Shown here in pieces: positions 12,030 through 24,398 of a DNA stretch of 64,000 nucleotides. Source of the DNA: Mobula hypostoma. Its lineage: Eukaryota. The DNA is taken from NCBI RefSeq assembly GCF_963921235.1, contig NC_086108.1, positions 73,906,001 through 73,970,000 of the forward strand, given 5' to 3'. Under the pieces are notes generated by a model, which was given only the letters and a program-made list of their open reading frames with translations, was not told the origin of the DNA and did not search any database. Position 1 is the stretch's first letter, and the number at the start of each line of letters is the position of its first letter. A program made the position numbers and the translations under genes.

Positions 12030-14046
12030 AAACCAACAGTTGGCAATTAAAAAAGCCGTAAGGAAGGAAAGATGAAATATGAAGGTGAGCTAACCAATAA
12101 TATCAGAGGATACCAAAGGTTTTATTTCAGTTATATAGAGTGAAAGAGAGGCAGGAGTAGATATCGGACTATTGGAAAATTATGCTCGAGAGGTAGTAAT
12201 GGGGGGAAAGGAAATGGCAGATGAACTGAATAACATCTTACAACAGTCTTCACTGTGGAAGACACGAGCAGTTTGAGACCGTCAAAGGGGAGAATGAGTG
12301 TAGTTGTTACCATGAGGGAGAAGGTGCTTGGGAAGTTGTAAGGTTTGAAGGTAGGTATGTCATCTGGACCATATGGACTACATCCCAGGGAAGCGAAAAA
12401 GGTCACTAAAGAGATTGTGGAGGCATTAGTAAATGATTTTTCAATGATCACTTGTTCTGGAGTGGCTCCAGAGGACTGGAAAATTGCAAATGTTACTTCA
12501 CTCTTCAAGGAGGGAGGGAGGCAAAAGAAAGGAAATTATGGGCAAGTTAGTCTCAAATCATTAATTGGGAAGATGTTGGTGTCCATTGTTAAGAATGAGA
12601 TTTCAGCATTCTTAAAGAAACATGGTAAAATAGGCCAAAGTCAACATGGTTTCCTTGAGGAGAAATCTTGCCTGACAAATCTGTTGCACATCTACGAGAA
12701 AATAACAAGCAGAATAAACAAAGGAGAATCAGTGGATGTTGTGTACTTCGATTTTCAGAAGGCCTTTGAGAAGGTGTTGTACATAAGGCTGCTTAACAAG
12801 ATAAGAGTCCCTAGCATTACAGGAAAGATACTAGTAAAAAGTTACCATATCATTGGCTGATTGGCAGGAGGCAAAGGCTGGGAATAAAGAGAGGCCTTTC
12901 TAGTTGACTGCTGGTAACTTGTGGTATTCCACAGGGCTCAGTTTTGGGGCAGACTCTTTTTGCATGATATGTCAATGATTTGGATAATAGAATTACAAAC
13001 ACGATAAAATTTGCAGATGTTGGAAATCCAAGCAACACACACAAAATGCTGGAGGAACTCAGCAGGTCAGGCTGATAAAGGGTCTCATCCTGAAACGTTG
13101 ACTGTTTACTCTTTTCCATAGATGCTGCTTGGTCTGCTGAGTTCCCTCAGCACTTTGTGTGTGTTACTTGGATGATGAAATTGATGGCTTTGTGGACGAT
13201 ACTTAGATAGGTGCAGTGGCAGGTAGTTTTGAGGAAGCAGGGAGGCTGCAGAAGGACTTAGACTGTTGGGCCTTGTATGGTCTTGCATCTGGTAGAAGGA
13301 ATAAAGGTGCAGATTATTTTCTGAATGGGCAGAAAATTCAAAACTCAGAGGTGTGAAGGGACTTGGGAGACCTTGTGCAGAACTGCTTGAAGGTTAACTT
13401 ACAGGTTGAGTCAGTGGTAAGGAAGGCAAATGCAATGTTAGCATTCATTTCAAGAGGACTAGAATAAAAAAAAACAAGGATGCAATGCAGAGGTTTTACA
13501 AGGCATTACTGAGGTGAGGCTTCACTTGGAGAATTGAGTAGTTGTAGGTCCTTTATCTAAGAAACAAAGTACTGACAACGGAGAGGGCTCAAAGGAGGTT
13601 CACAAAAGTGATTCTGGGAATGAAAGGCTTATCGAATGAGGAGCGTTTGATAGTTCTGAGCCTGTACTCACTGGAACTTAGAAGAATGAGGGGAGATCTC
13701 ATTGAAACCTATTGAAAGAGTGGATGTGAAGACCATTTTCCCAGTAGTGGGGGAGTCTAGGACCAGAGAGCACAACCTCAGAAGAGAGGCATGTCCATTT
13801 AGAATGGAGATGAGGAGGAATTTCTGTAGCCACAGGATGATAAATCTGTGGAACTCGTTGCCACAGATGGCTGTGGAAGCCAAGTCATTAGGTATGTTCA
13901 TGTCAGAGGTTGACAGTTTCTTGATAGGTCAGGACGTAAAGGGATATGGGAAGAAGGCAGGAAAATGGGTCCACCACGATAAAATGGTGAAGCAGACTCG
14001 ATGGGCCGAATAGGCCAATTCTGGTCCTATGTCTTATAGTCTTATA
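12030..14046 (+). mobile_element. CR1 LINE, 5'-truncated, decayed RT
   Basis: PEDWKIANVTSLFKEG, SQHGF..KSCLTNLL, VDVVYFDFQKAF, RRNFCSHRMINLWNSLP. Tail cctatgtcttatagtctta. Confidence 0.93.
12995..13167. mobile_element. Penelope-type terminal-repeat fragment with fold-back inversion, inserted in CR1
   Basis: Inverted arms (caacacacacaaaatgctggaggaactcagcagg / ctgctgagttccctcagcactttgtgtgtg). Decayed hammerhead CTGATAA..GAAACGTT. Diverged ~15-bp TSD 12980-12994 / 13168-13182. Confidence 0.75.
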
Positions 14047-14312
14047 AACAAAGTAGCCAGAGCAGCATCTCTCTGCTGAATAAATATTGCACAGATATGT
14101 CCATTCCTGCCACATAATGATGATGGGAAACTAATTTACACTTTTATAATCAAATAGACTAGATTACTGCAATGCACATTTTGCTGGCCTTCCAAAGCAA
14201 TCTATTGACAAATCTCAACTTTATTCAGAATGCTGCTGCTAGACCTTTAATTAAAATGTGTATGAGGAAGTATATCACTTCCATCCTAACTACTCTGCAT
14301 TGGCTTCCTGTA

Positions 14313-15645
14313 CACCCTATCCTCATTATATGCGTCTTCAGACAATGCGGATTCACAGTTCTGCGAGGAACCTATTTCTACCAACGTCTCGTTATATATG
14401 TCCAAAACTCACAGTTATGCGAGGAGCACTGCTTTCCCGCTAATACAAGTCATGTGCGCACACCTCAGTCTCACTTTTGGGACAAGAAGCACCGCTTTCC
14501 CGCCAATACAAGTCAGGTGTGCACGCCTCACAATCTCTCTCCCGCCACTCTCGCATTGGTTTTGGCAAGGTGTGGATGAGTGATCTTAAACTTCTGTTGT
14601 TTTTACCTACGGTGCAGTGATCTTGCACTTGAAATATTTAACTATGCCTCCTAAGTGTCTGATGTCATGTCCTGGGCCGTCAGCCAAGCGGCAGAGAACC
14701 ACTTTAACACTTGAAAAAAAGTAGGAAATTATAAACAGCGCGTCATCAGCTGAAGGTAACACAGCTCTGGGACGCTACTGCCGGGAACAGAATCTTGCCT
14801 TTAAAGTTTTTTGTTGCTTGCCAATGCGCCAGCCCATCCTAAACATTTGGACAGCATTCATCCTATCATAACAGTGCGTTTCCTGCCGCTTAACACAACA
14901 TCGCTGATTCAACCACTCGACCAAGGTGTAATCCACATTCAAGGCGTACGTATTTTTTTTTACCGTGAGCTATCTCTCAGATGCTGCAAGCAACCCACGA
15001 TTTTGAAAATCCTGGGAGTTTACCAATGGTGAGGGAATGGTGGAAGTCGGAACACTTGACACAAATGGCAATGAACATGATCCCACGTTTAGAATGGAGT
15101 CAGCATTTCAGTCGTTCCCTGCCGTCAACCCTTCTTCCCTACAAGCAAATTTAAAACAAAATGCTGCCAAACAAACAACCCTCACCACTTTATTCAAATC
15201 AGTAACACCTTCTGCTGCCGGCAGTTCTAAGAGTTCTGTGAGTCTTCCTTCACCCCTTGCTGTGCTTGATATGATCCTGACGACCACAACCATCCACCCT
15301 ATCTATGTAAAGCTGCCCGACACTACAACAATCACTTATCTCCCAGAGCGAACACACCTGCCACTGTTGGTGAGTACTATACACCCCCGGATGTTAACTT
15401 TCTATGATTTATTACATTGAATATTACCTTAAGTTGATGAAATATAATACGGGTGTTGTCTTGTAGTACTGCTTTTGTGTCATATTGGTATGAAAATGTG
15501 AATAAATTACAGATAAAACATATTTAGGAAGCCCTCTGGAACGCATCCCTATTTTCTCCATTTAAATAATTATTCGCATTATGTGATTTCACATTATTCG
15601 TCAACTTCGAGGAACGTATCCCCCGCAAATAACGAGGATAGGGTG
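14313..15645 (+). mobile_element. Tigger/pogo DNA transposon, internally deleted
   Basis: TIRs CACCCTATCCTCATTAT / ATAACGAGGATAGGGTG with TA on both sides. HTH fragment KRQRTTLTLEKK. DDE_1 fragment LLLANAPAHP..FLPLNTTSLIQPLDQGVI. Confidence 0.93.
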
Positions 15646-16593
15646 TATCTTTTAGAATTGATTTTAAAGTTCTCTTACTTGCTTCTAAAGCGCTCAAATT
15701 TTCTGCAGCCAGAGCACATCACAGAATTGCTTTCATTTTATAATCTCATTCGAGCACTCAGGTCTACTTCCAGCAGTCTCTTAAATTTAAACAATCTCCT
15801 TCAAAAGATATTTGACAGGTAAGGTTTTTTGAACAATGCTCCAAAACTGCAGAACTCAAAACTATAAGGGATGCAGACTCAATTGGCACTTTCAAACACC
15901 TGCTTAAAAAACTATATATTTCACCTTGTTTTTAACCAACATCTTTTTGTCTTTAATTTTCATATTTACACTTTATCCCATTGTAAAGCACTTTGGACTA
16001 CATCATTTGTATGAGAAGTGCCTTATAAATATGCTATTATTATATTTACTGCAATCCGGAAGCAAGGGAGTTAACCTTGCTCTGACATTAGATTTTGACC
16101 GGAACAAATTCTGCCAAGCTATCTGCTCTGTCTGGAGAGTCCAGAATGAGGAGATCGAAATTCTTCTTTAAAGATTAAACCATTTAGGATGAAGATAAAG
16201 AAGAATTCTTTACCTATATGGTTGTGGATCTCTACAATTCTCTTCTACAGAGGGCTTAAGACTATAGCAACAGGTCTCTGATGATTTCAAGCAACATCAT
16301 ACAACACTACATAAATATAGCAATTTTAATTCAAAATGCAACATAGCTCTTTACCAAATGTTGTGTGCAGAAGCATTCGGGTGGGTAGTGGCATTGGAAG
16401 CAACCACACAGTCATCTTATCCACGTGATCAATCAAAAATGAAACCATGCAGCAAGAATTTAATCAGTTAATATTAAAGTGGAGTAATATATTCAAAATT
16501 AATTATGTAATCTTATAACTACCTTCCAGCAATGAACAAAAAGGTAATGGTCAAGTTCAGGAATTCTAGTGTAGTTTTTTTTAATCATCCAAA

Positions 16594-17100
16594 AGAAACA
16601 CAGAACATGGAACAGTACAACACAGGAACAAGCCCTTTGTCCCTGAATGTTGTGCCAAACTGAATAAATTAATAATCAAATGGCCAACTGAACTAATCCC
16701 CTTGGACTATAAAATGTTCCTCACATTCGTGTGCCTATCTAAATGTCTCTTAAAAGTCTCTCATATATCTGCTTCTATCACCACCCCAGGCAGCACATTC
16801 CAGGCACCCAACATTGTGTAATATCTCCTCACATCTCCTTTGAAATTACCTCTCTCACCTTGAATCGATGCTCTCTGGTATTAGACATTTCAACCCTGGG
16901 AAAAAGATAATCTGCCCACTCTATCTATGCCTCTCACGTCAGAGCATCCTTCACTTCAGAAAAAACAACCCACATTTGTGAAGCTTCCAGTAATATCACA
17001 CGCAATCTACTCCAGGCAGCATCCTAGCAAACCTCTTCTGCACCCTCTGTAAAGCCACAACATCCTTCCAATAATGGGGCAACCAAAACTATATGCAATT
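16594..17100 (-). mobile_element. CR1 LINE 3' fragment
   Basis: Tail agaaacacagaacatggaacagtacaacacagg plus antisense RT C-terminus. Confidence 0.8.
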
Positions 17101-17922
17101 GACTTAACACCAAGAACAGTGCAAAGACGACTGAAATTCACATCAAATTGGAGATTCCACATTGTAATATCCCACTCCTGTGGAAGAGTAAGATAAGATT
17201 GACAGAAATTTTGAGAGGTTTTTGTTTATCCTCTGATCATAAGAGAGACTTTGAGAGAAACTGCTTATCTCTGAAATTATATTATAGCTCAAGGCTCAAA
17301 TCAATATGGAGATTCTGAGCGCATGAACTTTTGGAAGGTCTTTGACTACTGCACAAGCTGAGTAGCAGATATGATTGAGCAATGTGAGACAATGAGAAGT
17401 AAACCAAACTGTACAGAAAAATATTCAAGAGAAAATGTAGTGTGCTCCTATTCTTCAGAATAGTTGAATGAACAATAATTACTCTGAGTTTATTTCTGGG
17501 ACTGATTCCACTTAAACCTCCAGAGGCAAGAGCATCAAAATTTGAATTTGACTGTAAAGTTAGATCTATAGAAAACCAAAGGAAGCTGCAAAGAGATATT
17601 GATAAGATGGAAGAGATAAGTTACAATGTGTCACTTGCAATTCAACAACTATACACATAAATAGATACATCCTCCAAATGAATGCAGAATAGCAAAAGGA
17701 CTTGGGTTTACAAGGCTTCCTGGAAATTCAAGGTAGCACCTCGGGCAGATAAAGTTATGAAGCAAACCTAATGAAATTCCAACTTTCATTGCAAAATGTA
17801 AAGGATATAAAAGTGGAGAAATAATGACAAGCCTCAGTAGAATGTGAACAAAATTTATTTAGGAGGCTGCATGCCATACCAAGGTCTGAAGTATTAGAAA
17901 TATACTGACACTCAGCATAGAA

Positions 17923-18245
17923 GTGTGGGCACATGGCCAAGTGGTTAAGGTGTTCGACTAGCGATCTGAAGGTTGTGAGTTCGAGCCCCAGCCGAGGGAG
18001 CGTGTTGTGTCCTTGAGCAAGGCGCTTAATCACACAGCGCTCTGCGACGACACTGGTACCAAGCTGTATGGGTCCTAATGCCCTTCACTTGGACAACATC
18101 GGTGTCATAGAGAGGGGAGACTTGCAGCATGGGTAACTGCTGGTCTTCCATACAACCTTGCCCAGGCCTGCGCCCTGAAGAGTGAAGACCTTCCAGGCAC
18201 AGATCCATGGTCTCGCAAGACTAACGGATGCCTTTATTTATTTAT
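17923..18245 (+). mobile_element. tRNA-derived SINE with CORE-like segment, full length
   Basis: A box TGGCCAAGTGG, B box GAGTTCGAGCC, CORE-like tgtgtccttgagcaaggcgcttaa, (TTTA)n tail. Probable TSD agcatagaa (17914-17922) / agcacagaa (18246-18254). Confidence 0.88.
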
Positions 18246-18291
18246 AGCACAGAAAAAATACTGGGATCTCAAGAAATGAAACAGTGAAGAA

Positions 18292-18776
18292 ATAGAAACA
18301 TAGAAAACCTACAGCACAATACAGGCCCTTCAGCCCACAATGCTGTGCCGAACATGGCCTTATCTTAGAAATTATCTAGGGTTACCCATAGCCCTCTATT
18401 TTTCTAAGCTCCATGTACCTATCCAGGAGTCTCTGAAAAGACACTATCGTATTTGCCTCCACCACCATCGTCAGCGCCCATTCCACATACTCACTAGTCT
18501 CCTCTGTATCTACTACCAAGCACCTTAAAACTGCACCCTCTCATGTTAGCCATTTCAACCCTGGAAAAAAGCCTCTGACTATCCACACGGTCAATGCCTC
18601 TCATCTTCTTATACACCTCTATCAGGTCACCTCTCATCTTCCATCGCTCCAAGGAAAAAAGGCCGAGGTCACTCAACCTCATAAGGCGTGCTTCCCAATC
18701 CAGGCAACATCCTTGTAAATTTCCTCTGCACCCTTTCTACGGTTTCCACACCCTTCCTGTAGTGAGGTGACCAGAA
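18292..18776 (-). mobile_element. CR1 LINE 3' fragment
   Basis: ORF 18494-18682 RLSDLGLFSLERWKMRGDLIEVYKKMRGIDRVD; catagaaa tail. Confidence 0.9.
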
Positions 18777-18779
18777 ATC

Positions 18780-18908
18780 ATGAAACCAAGTTGCTAGCTC
18801 GATGCTCAACCCAGCACGAATGGAAAGTGTGCAAGGAGCAGGCCAGATTCAAACCCAGGACCACTTGCCTCGAAGTCCAGTGCAGATGCCACTACACCAC
18901 TGGCCGGC
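18780..18908 (-). mobile_element. tRNA-derived SINE head (second family)
   Basis: Minus strand reads gccggccagTGGTGTAGTGGcatc...GGTTTGAATC (A and B boxes). Confidence 0.7.
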
Positions 18909-19681
18909 AGAAATGTGGGTGTTTCCTTCATTGTAATGTTGTTGAAAAGAGTGCAGACAGAATTGCACTGGTCCCAGTAGGTAATGAGGTGTTAAATGAT
19001 ATACTGAAGTTCAATAGTAGGAAATTTAGACAAGGTAAATTTATTCACACAGAAGTTCAATCTTGTATAATTCATTTCCTGGTTTACTAGTTGAGGCAAA
19101 AATCACTGAACATTTAAAGATAACATATAATAACAAAATCAACAAATAAGGGGTAAAAATAAATGTAAAAAGGAAATGCAGAATAAATGCAAAACAGAAA
19201 TGTCAAATAATTTGTTTCAAACCACCATGCATATATGAACCAGGACAGTGTGCCAGCCTTATCAAGTGTCAAGCAGAAAAAATACATTATTCCAACAAGA
19301 TCTAGCAGCAACCTTGTTGTAATTTGGATTGTCCTGAAGTGTACTTTTCTAAATCTGAGGAAGTTGCAGAGTCTCATTTAGCATATAGCAAATTATTTGA
19401 GGTTTGATTCTCAAAATACTTCTGATGTGCCTAAAAATACCTCGCATAAACAAGATGATTCTTGCAATAAAAATCACACACAAAAATTCAGCTGCTGCAA
19501 TATAACTCTGTTCTCATATTGACCTTTCAGAGAATCTGCTCTAGTGGTGACAACAGCCAGAGACAAGTTAATAATGCAAAAAATAACATAACAAGAAGTT
19601 TATAAACATATGCAAGGCAAAGTTTACTATCAGACTGGAAGCAGAAAGAAATACCATGCCTGCAAAGTTTTGTCACACTAA

Positions 19682-20331
19682 CCGACATCCCACCCTGCAA
19701 AAACTCATTTCAGGGAGGTAGCACCATCAATTTGCGGGAGACTTTTGGAACTTCTGGGAGAGGTGGGATGTCTGCAATAGAGTAGCTCCTTAGCAGCCAG
19801 CCAGCTAGTTTAAATAACGTTAGCTATACTAATGAACGAATGACACCTGTTAAACTCACCTCAACATGTCTTTTACAGTCTTAACCCACCATGGGCAATA
19901 GAAAAGTCACTGTTGCAAACAGTGCAGCGAGCAACATTGTCATTATTTTTGACCCCTATTAGGCAGGGGTACACTTTAGGGTAGTATGGGGTGATGTACG
20001 TTTTACATTTTCTTTTTTTGGAACACTCTCCCATGGCGGATCACGATCGATCTCTCTCTCTCTCTCTCTCGGTTGCTCTCACTTTCTCTCTCTCTCTCTC
20101 TCTCTCTTTTTCTCTCTCTCGGTCGCTCTCACTTGCTTTCTCTCTGTCTCTCTCTTGCTCGCCTGCTCTCACTTGCTTTCTCTCTCACTCGCTGGCTCTC
20201 ACTCTCACTTACTTTCTCGCTCGCTCTCAAAAAATTGATTTCCCTGATATTGTATCTAATTTGCGGGCATCAGGGAGCCACTATTAATATGCGGGAGACT
20301 CCCAAAACTTCCGAGAGAGGTGGGATGTCTG
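19682..20331. mobile_element. Non-autonomous DNA transposon with C(A)GACATCCCACC TIR and 6-bp TSD
   Basis: Ends ccgacatcccacc / ggtgggatgtctg. cactaa flanks both sides (19676-19681, 20332-20337). Internal CT-rich tract 20050-20228. Confidence 0.75.
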
Positions 20332-21677
20332 CACTAATGTCTGTGACAAGCATTAGCCTTCCAAAAGTTGTAGTAATGCTGAAATACTTTGTGCATTTCT
20401 TGTGCCTTTAAATCAATGCAGTTGCATGCATATTATATAAACATGTACTGGTATTGTATTTGCTGACTACGAAGCTCTAAACCCAAACGAAGAGCTTAAT
20501 CCCCATCAGATATAAACAGTCACAAGTACTCTCACTAAAGGGTTATAGTGTAACTACCCAATTCTCAAAGACTAGTTCACTTCCCTGTTTATTCTCCAGA
20601 TCAAGTTTAGCTGCCAACACCCACTATTTGAGCAATGGGTTCCCCCCACTCTACTAAGGAAAAGATACTTCCAGCTAACAAAGTTGTTTAAACACAGTTC
20701 ATTTACTTTCAGTGATACACATTTAAATTGAAACAACTTAAACCACATTTAAAACAGAGGAATTATATCTTATAAAGACTTCAAATTGCAAACTAAAAAC
20801 ACAAAGGATTTCCAAAGCACAGGTACAGAATATGACAAGAATATTTCATTAAATTTGTTGATTTGTGGAGACAATACATTGCAATACATAATAATATAAA
20901 ATACATAAATTACAATAAGAACTATATACAAATTAAATAAGTAGTGCAAAACTAGAGCAAAAGAGGGGGAGGTAGTATACATGGTTCGCTGTTCATTCAT
21001 AAATCTGATGGTGGGGGGAAGAAGCTGTTCCTGAATCATTGATAGTGTGTTTTCACACTCCTGCACTTCTTCCTTGATGGCAGCAATGAGAAGAGGGCAT
21101 GTCCTGAGTGATGGAGGTCCTTAATGATGGATGTGCCTTTTTGAGGCATCACCTTTTGAACGTCCTGCATGTTGGGGAGGCTAGTGCCCATAATGGAGCA
21201 GGATGAGTTTACAACTTTTTGCAGCTTTTTCCAATCCTGTACTTGGTCTCTCTATACCAAGCAGTGATACAACCAGTTAGAATGCTCTCCACAACATATC
21301 TGCAGAAATTTATCAGCTACTTCCTTAACAGACCAAATCTCCTCAAATTCCTAATACAGTCGTTGTTTCTTCTCTGTAAGTGAATCAAAATGTTGGGACC
21401 AGGATAGATCTTCAGAGATGTTGACACCTGGGAACTTGAAATTGCTCATCCTTTCCACTGCTAATCCCTCTATGAGGACTGGTAAGCATTCCCTTGACTT
21501 CCCTTTTCTCAAGTCCACAAACAATTCCTTGGTCTTACTGACATTAAGTGCAAGGTTGCTGTTGTGATCTATCTCACTCCTGTTTGCCTCTTCTCACCAT
21601 CTGAAATTCTGCCAACATTAATTGTGTCACAGGCAAATTTATAACATGGCATTTGAGCTGTGCCTAGCCACAGTCAT

Positions 21678-24398
21678 AAGAGCAAAAGAAATAGGAGCAA
21701 GAGTAGGCCGTCAGGCCCATCAAGCCTGCCCCGCCATTTAATAAGATCATGGCTGATCTGTCCGTAAACTCAGCTCCATCTATCTGCCTTTTCCCCATAA
21801 CCCTTGATTCCCTTACTATGCAAAAATCTATCTAACTGTATCTTAAATATATCTAGTGAAGAAGCCTCAACTGCTTCCCTGGGCAGAGAATTTCACAGAT
21901 TCACCACTCTCTGGGAAAAACAGTTCCTCCTCATCACCATCCTAAATATTCTCCCCTAAATCTTGAGGCAATGTCCCCTGGTTCGAGTCTCACTTACCAA
22001 TGGAAACTTTCCTACTTCTATCTTATCTATCCCTTTCAAAATTTTGGATGCTTCTATAAGGTCCCCTCTCATTCTTCTGAATTCCAGAGTATAGTCCCAG
22101 GCAACTCAATCTCTCCTCATAGGTTAACCCCTTCATCCCTGGAATCAACCTGGTGAACCTCCTCTGCACTGCCTCCAAAACCAATATATCCTTCCTCAAG
22201 TATGGAGACCAGAACTGCACACAGTACTCCAGGTGCAACCTCACCAGTACCCTATATAATTGCAGCATGACCTCTCTGCTCTTGAATTCAATTCCTCTAG
22301 CAATGAAGGCCAACATTCCATCTGCCTTCTTAATAACATGTTGTACCTGCAAGCCAACTTTTTGCGATTCATGAACAAGCACTCCCAAGTCCTTCTGCAC
22401 AACAGCACGCTGTAATCTTTCACCATTTAAATAATAATCTGCTCTTCTATTATTCCTTCCGAAGTGGATGATCTCGCATTTACCAATGTTGTATTCCATT
22501 TGCCAAACCTTGGCCCACTCACTTAACCTATCTATATCCCTCTGCAGACTCTCCACATCCTCTGTACAATTTGCTTTTCCACTCAGTTTAGTGTCATCAG
22601 CAAATTTTGCTACGCTACACTCAGTCCCCTCTTCCAAATCATCAATGTAACTGGTAAACAGCTGCAAGCCCAGCACCGACCCCTGCAGCACCCCACTCAC
22701 CACCGACTGCCAACTGGAGAAACACCCATTTAGACCAACTCTCTGCCTTCTGTCGGTTAACCAATCTACTATCCATGGCAATAAATTTCCTCCGACTCCA
22801 TGCATCCGTATCTTATTTATAAGTCTCTTGTGCGGCACCTTATCGAACACCTCCTGGAAATCCAAGTATACTACATCCACCTGTTCCCCTCTATCCACTG
22901 CACTTATTATGTCCTCAAGGAACTCAAGTAAGTTTGTCAAGCAGGACCTACCCTTTCTGAATCCATGCTGCGTCTGCCTAATGGGACCACTCCTTTCTAA
23001 ATGTTTCACTATTTCTTCCTTAATGACAGCTCCAAGCATTTTCCCCGACTACAGATCTTACGCTAACTGGCCTATAGTTGCCCGTCTTTTGTTTACATCC
23101 GTTTTTAAAAAGTGGCCTGACATTTGCTGTTTTCCAATCCGCCGGGACCTGCCCAGAGTCTAGAGATAATGATTACCAACGCGTCTACTCTAACCTCTGC
23201 CAATTCCCTCAGCACCCAGGGATGCATCCCATCAGGACCAGGGAACTTATCTACCATCAGGCCCTCTAGTTTGCTCATCACTATCTCTTTCGTGACAGTG
23301 ATTTTATCGAGGTCCTCACCTCCCATTTCGTCCATAACATCCTTCTTTGGCATATTAGACGTGTCCTCCACCGTGAAGACCAACACAGAATAGTCGTTCA
23401 ATGCCTCAGCCATTTCCTTATCACCCAATATCAATTTCCCCTTATCGTCTTCCAAGGGACCTTCACTGACTTTAGCCACCCTCTTCCACTTTATATATTT
23501 ATAAAAACTTTTGCTATCTGTTTTTATATTTTGTGCTAACTTACTTTCATACTCACCTTCCCTTATTTCTTGTTTAGTTGTTCTCTGTTGCTTTTTAAAG
23601 TTTTCCTAATCCTCCAGTTCCCACTATTCTTTGCAACTTTGTACACAAGCTTTTAATTTGATACTATCTTTTATTTCCTTAGTTATCCAAGGCTGGCTCT
23701 CCCCACACTTACTGTCCTTACTTTTGACTGGAAGATACTTTTGTTGAGCACTGTGAAAAATCTCTTTGAAAGTATTCCACTGTTCCTCAACTGTCCTACC
23801 AAATAGCCTATGTTCCCAATCCACATTAGCCAACTCCTCACTCATCCCGTTGTAATCTCCCTTGTTCAAGCATAATACACTGGTTTTAGATCTAACTATT
23901 TCATCCTCCATCTGAATGTGAAATTCAATCATACTATGATCATTCTTTTCCTTTACTATTCTTAATCTCTACCCAGATAGACTCAATATTCTGCTCTGAA
24001 GATCTTATATCATCACTCACAATCACCCTGATCTCATCCCTAATCAAGAGCGCCACCCCACCTCCTCTGCCTTCCTGTTAGCTTTCCGTATTACCTGATA
24101 CCCTTGGATATTTAATTCCCAGTCATCTCCACCTTGCAACCAGGTTTCTGAAATGGCCACTAAATCATATGCCCTGGTACTGATCTGTGCCTCAAGTTGA
24201 CTAAACTTGTTTCTAATACTACGGGCATTTAGATAAAGTGCCCTACACTCATTGTCCTTTTAGAATCTGGTGACCTATGTGATTTTTACTTTTATGCACT
24301 CTACTCTTAATCTTTTCTTCACTAACTCTAGCTTTGGTCTCTGCATCACTTCCCTCTTCTTTTTGTGTGGGTTCCATCCCCCTACCATATTAGTTTAG
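21678..24398 (-). mobile_element. CR1 LINE (end of ORF1, APE endonuclease pieces, RT, 3' UTR)
   Basis: YDLVAISETWLQ and NARS APE motifs near 24130-24230. ORFs 23624-23932, 23105-23479 and 22023-23039. Confidence 0.95.
22023..23039 (-). pseudogene. CR1 reverse transcriptase domain, 338-aa open segment
   Basis: QHGFRKGRSCLTNLLEF, VDVVYLDFQEVFDKVPH, SGVLQGSVLG, KFADDTKL, HLEYCVQFWSP. Confidence 0.95.

Larger units (their letters stand above)
10890..16040 (+). mobile_element. Old L2-clade LINE RT region, split by later insertions (pieces about 10890-11600, 11820-12020, 14056-14312, 15646-16040)
   Basis: FKTAAVKP, ANYRP-SNLPFLGKIL, FHSYTDDTQ, FLKLNKDTTKIL, IQNAAAR, and LHWLPV|SFRIDFKV joined across the Tigger insertion. 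Confidence 0.85.

Noticed and set aside
17927..18000. tRNA gene
   Set aside because: The tRNA-like head continues into a SINE body with tail and TSD. The same applies to 18835-18908.
19991..20411. Ser/Leu-rich ORFs
   Set aside because: They translate a (CT)n-rich tract.
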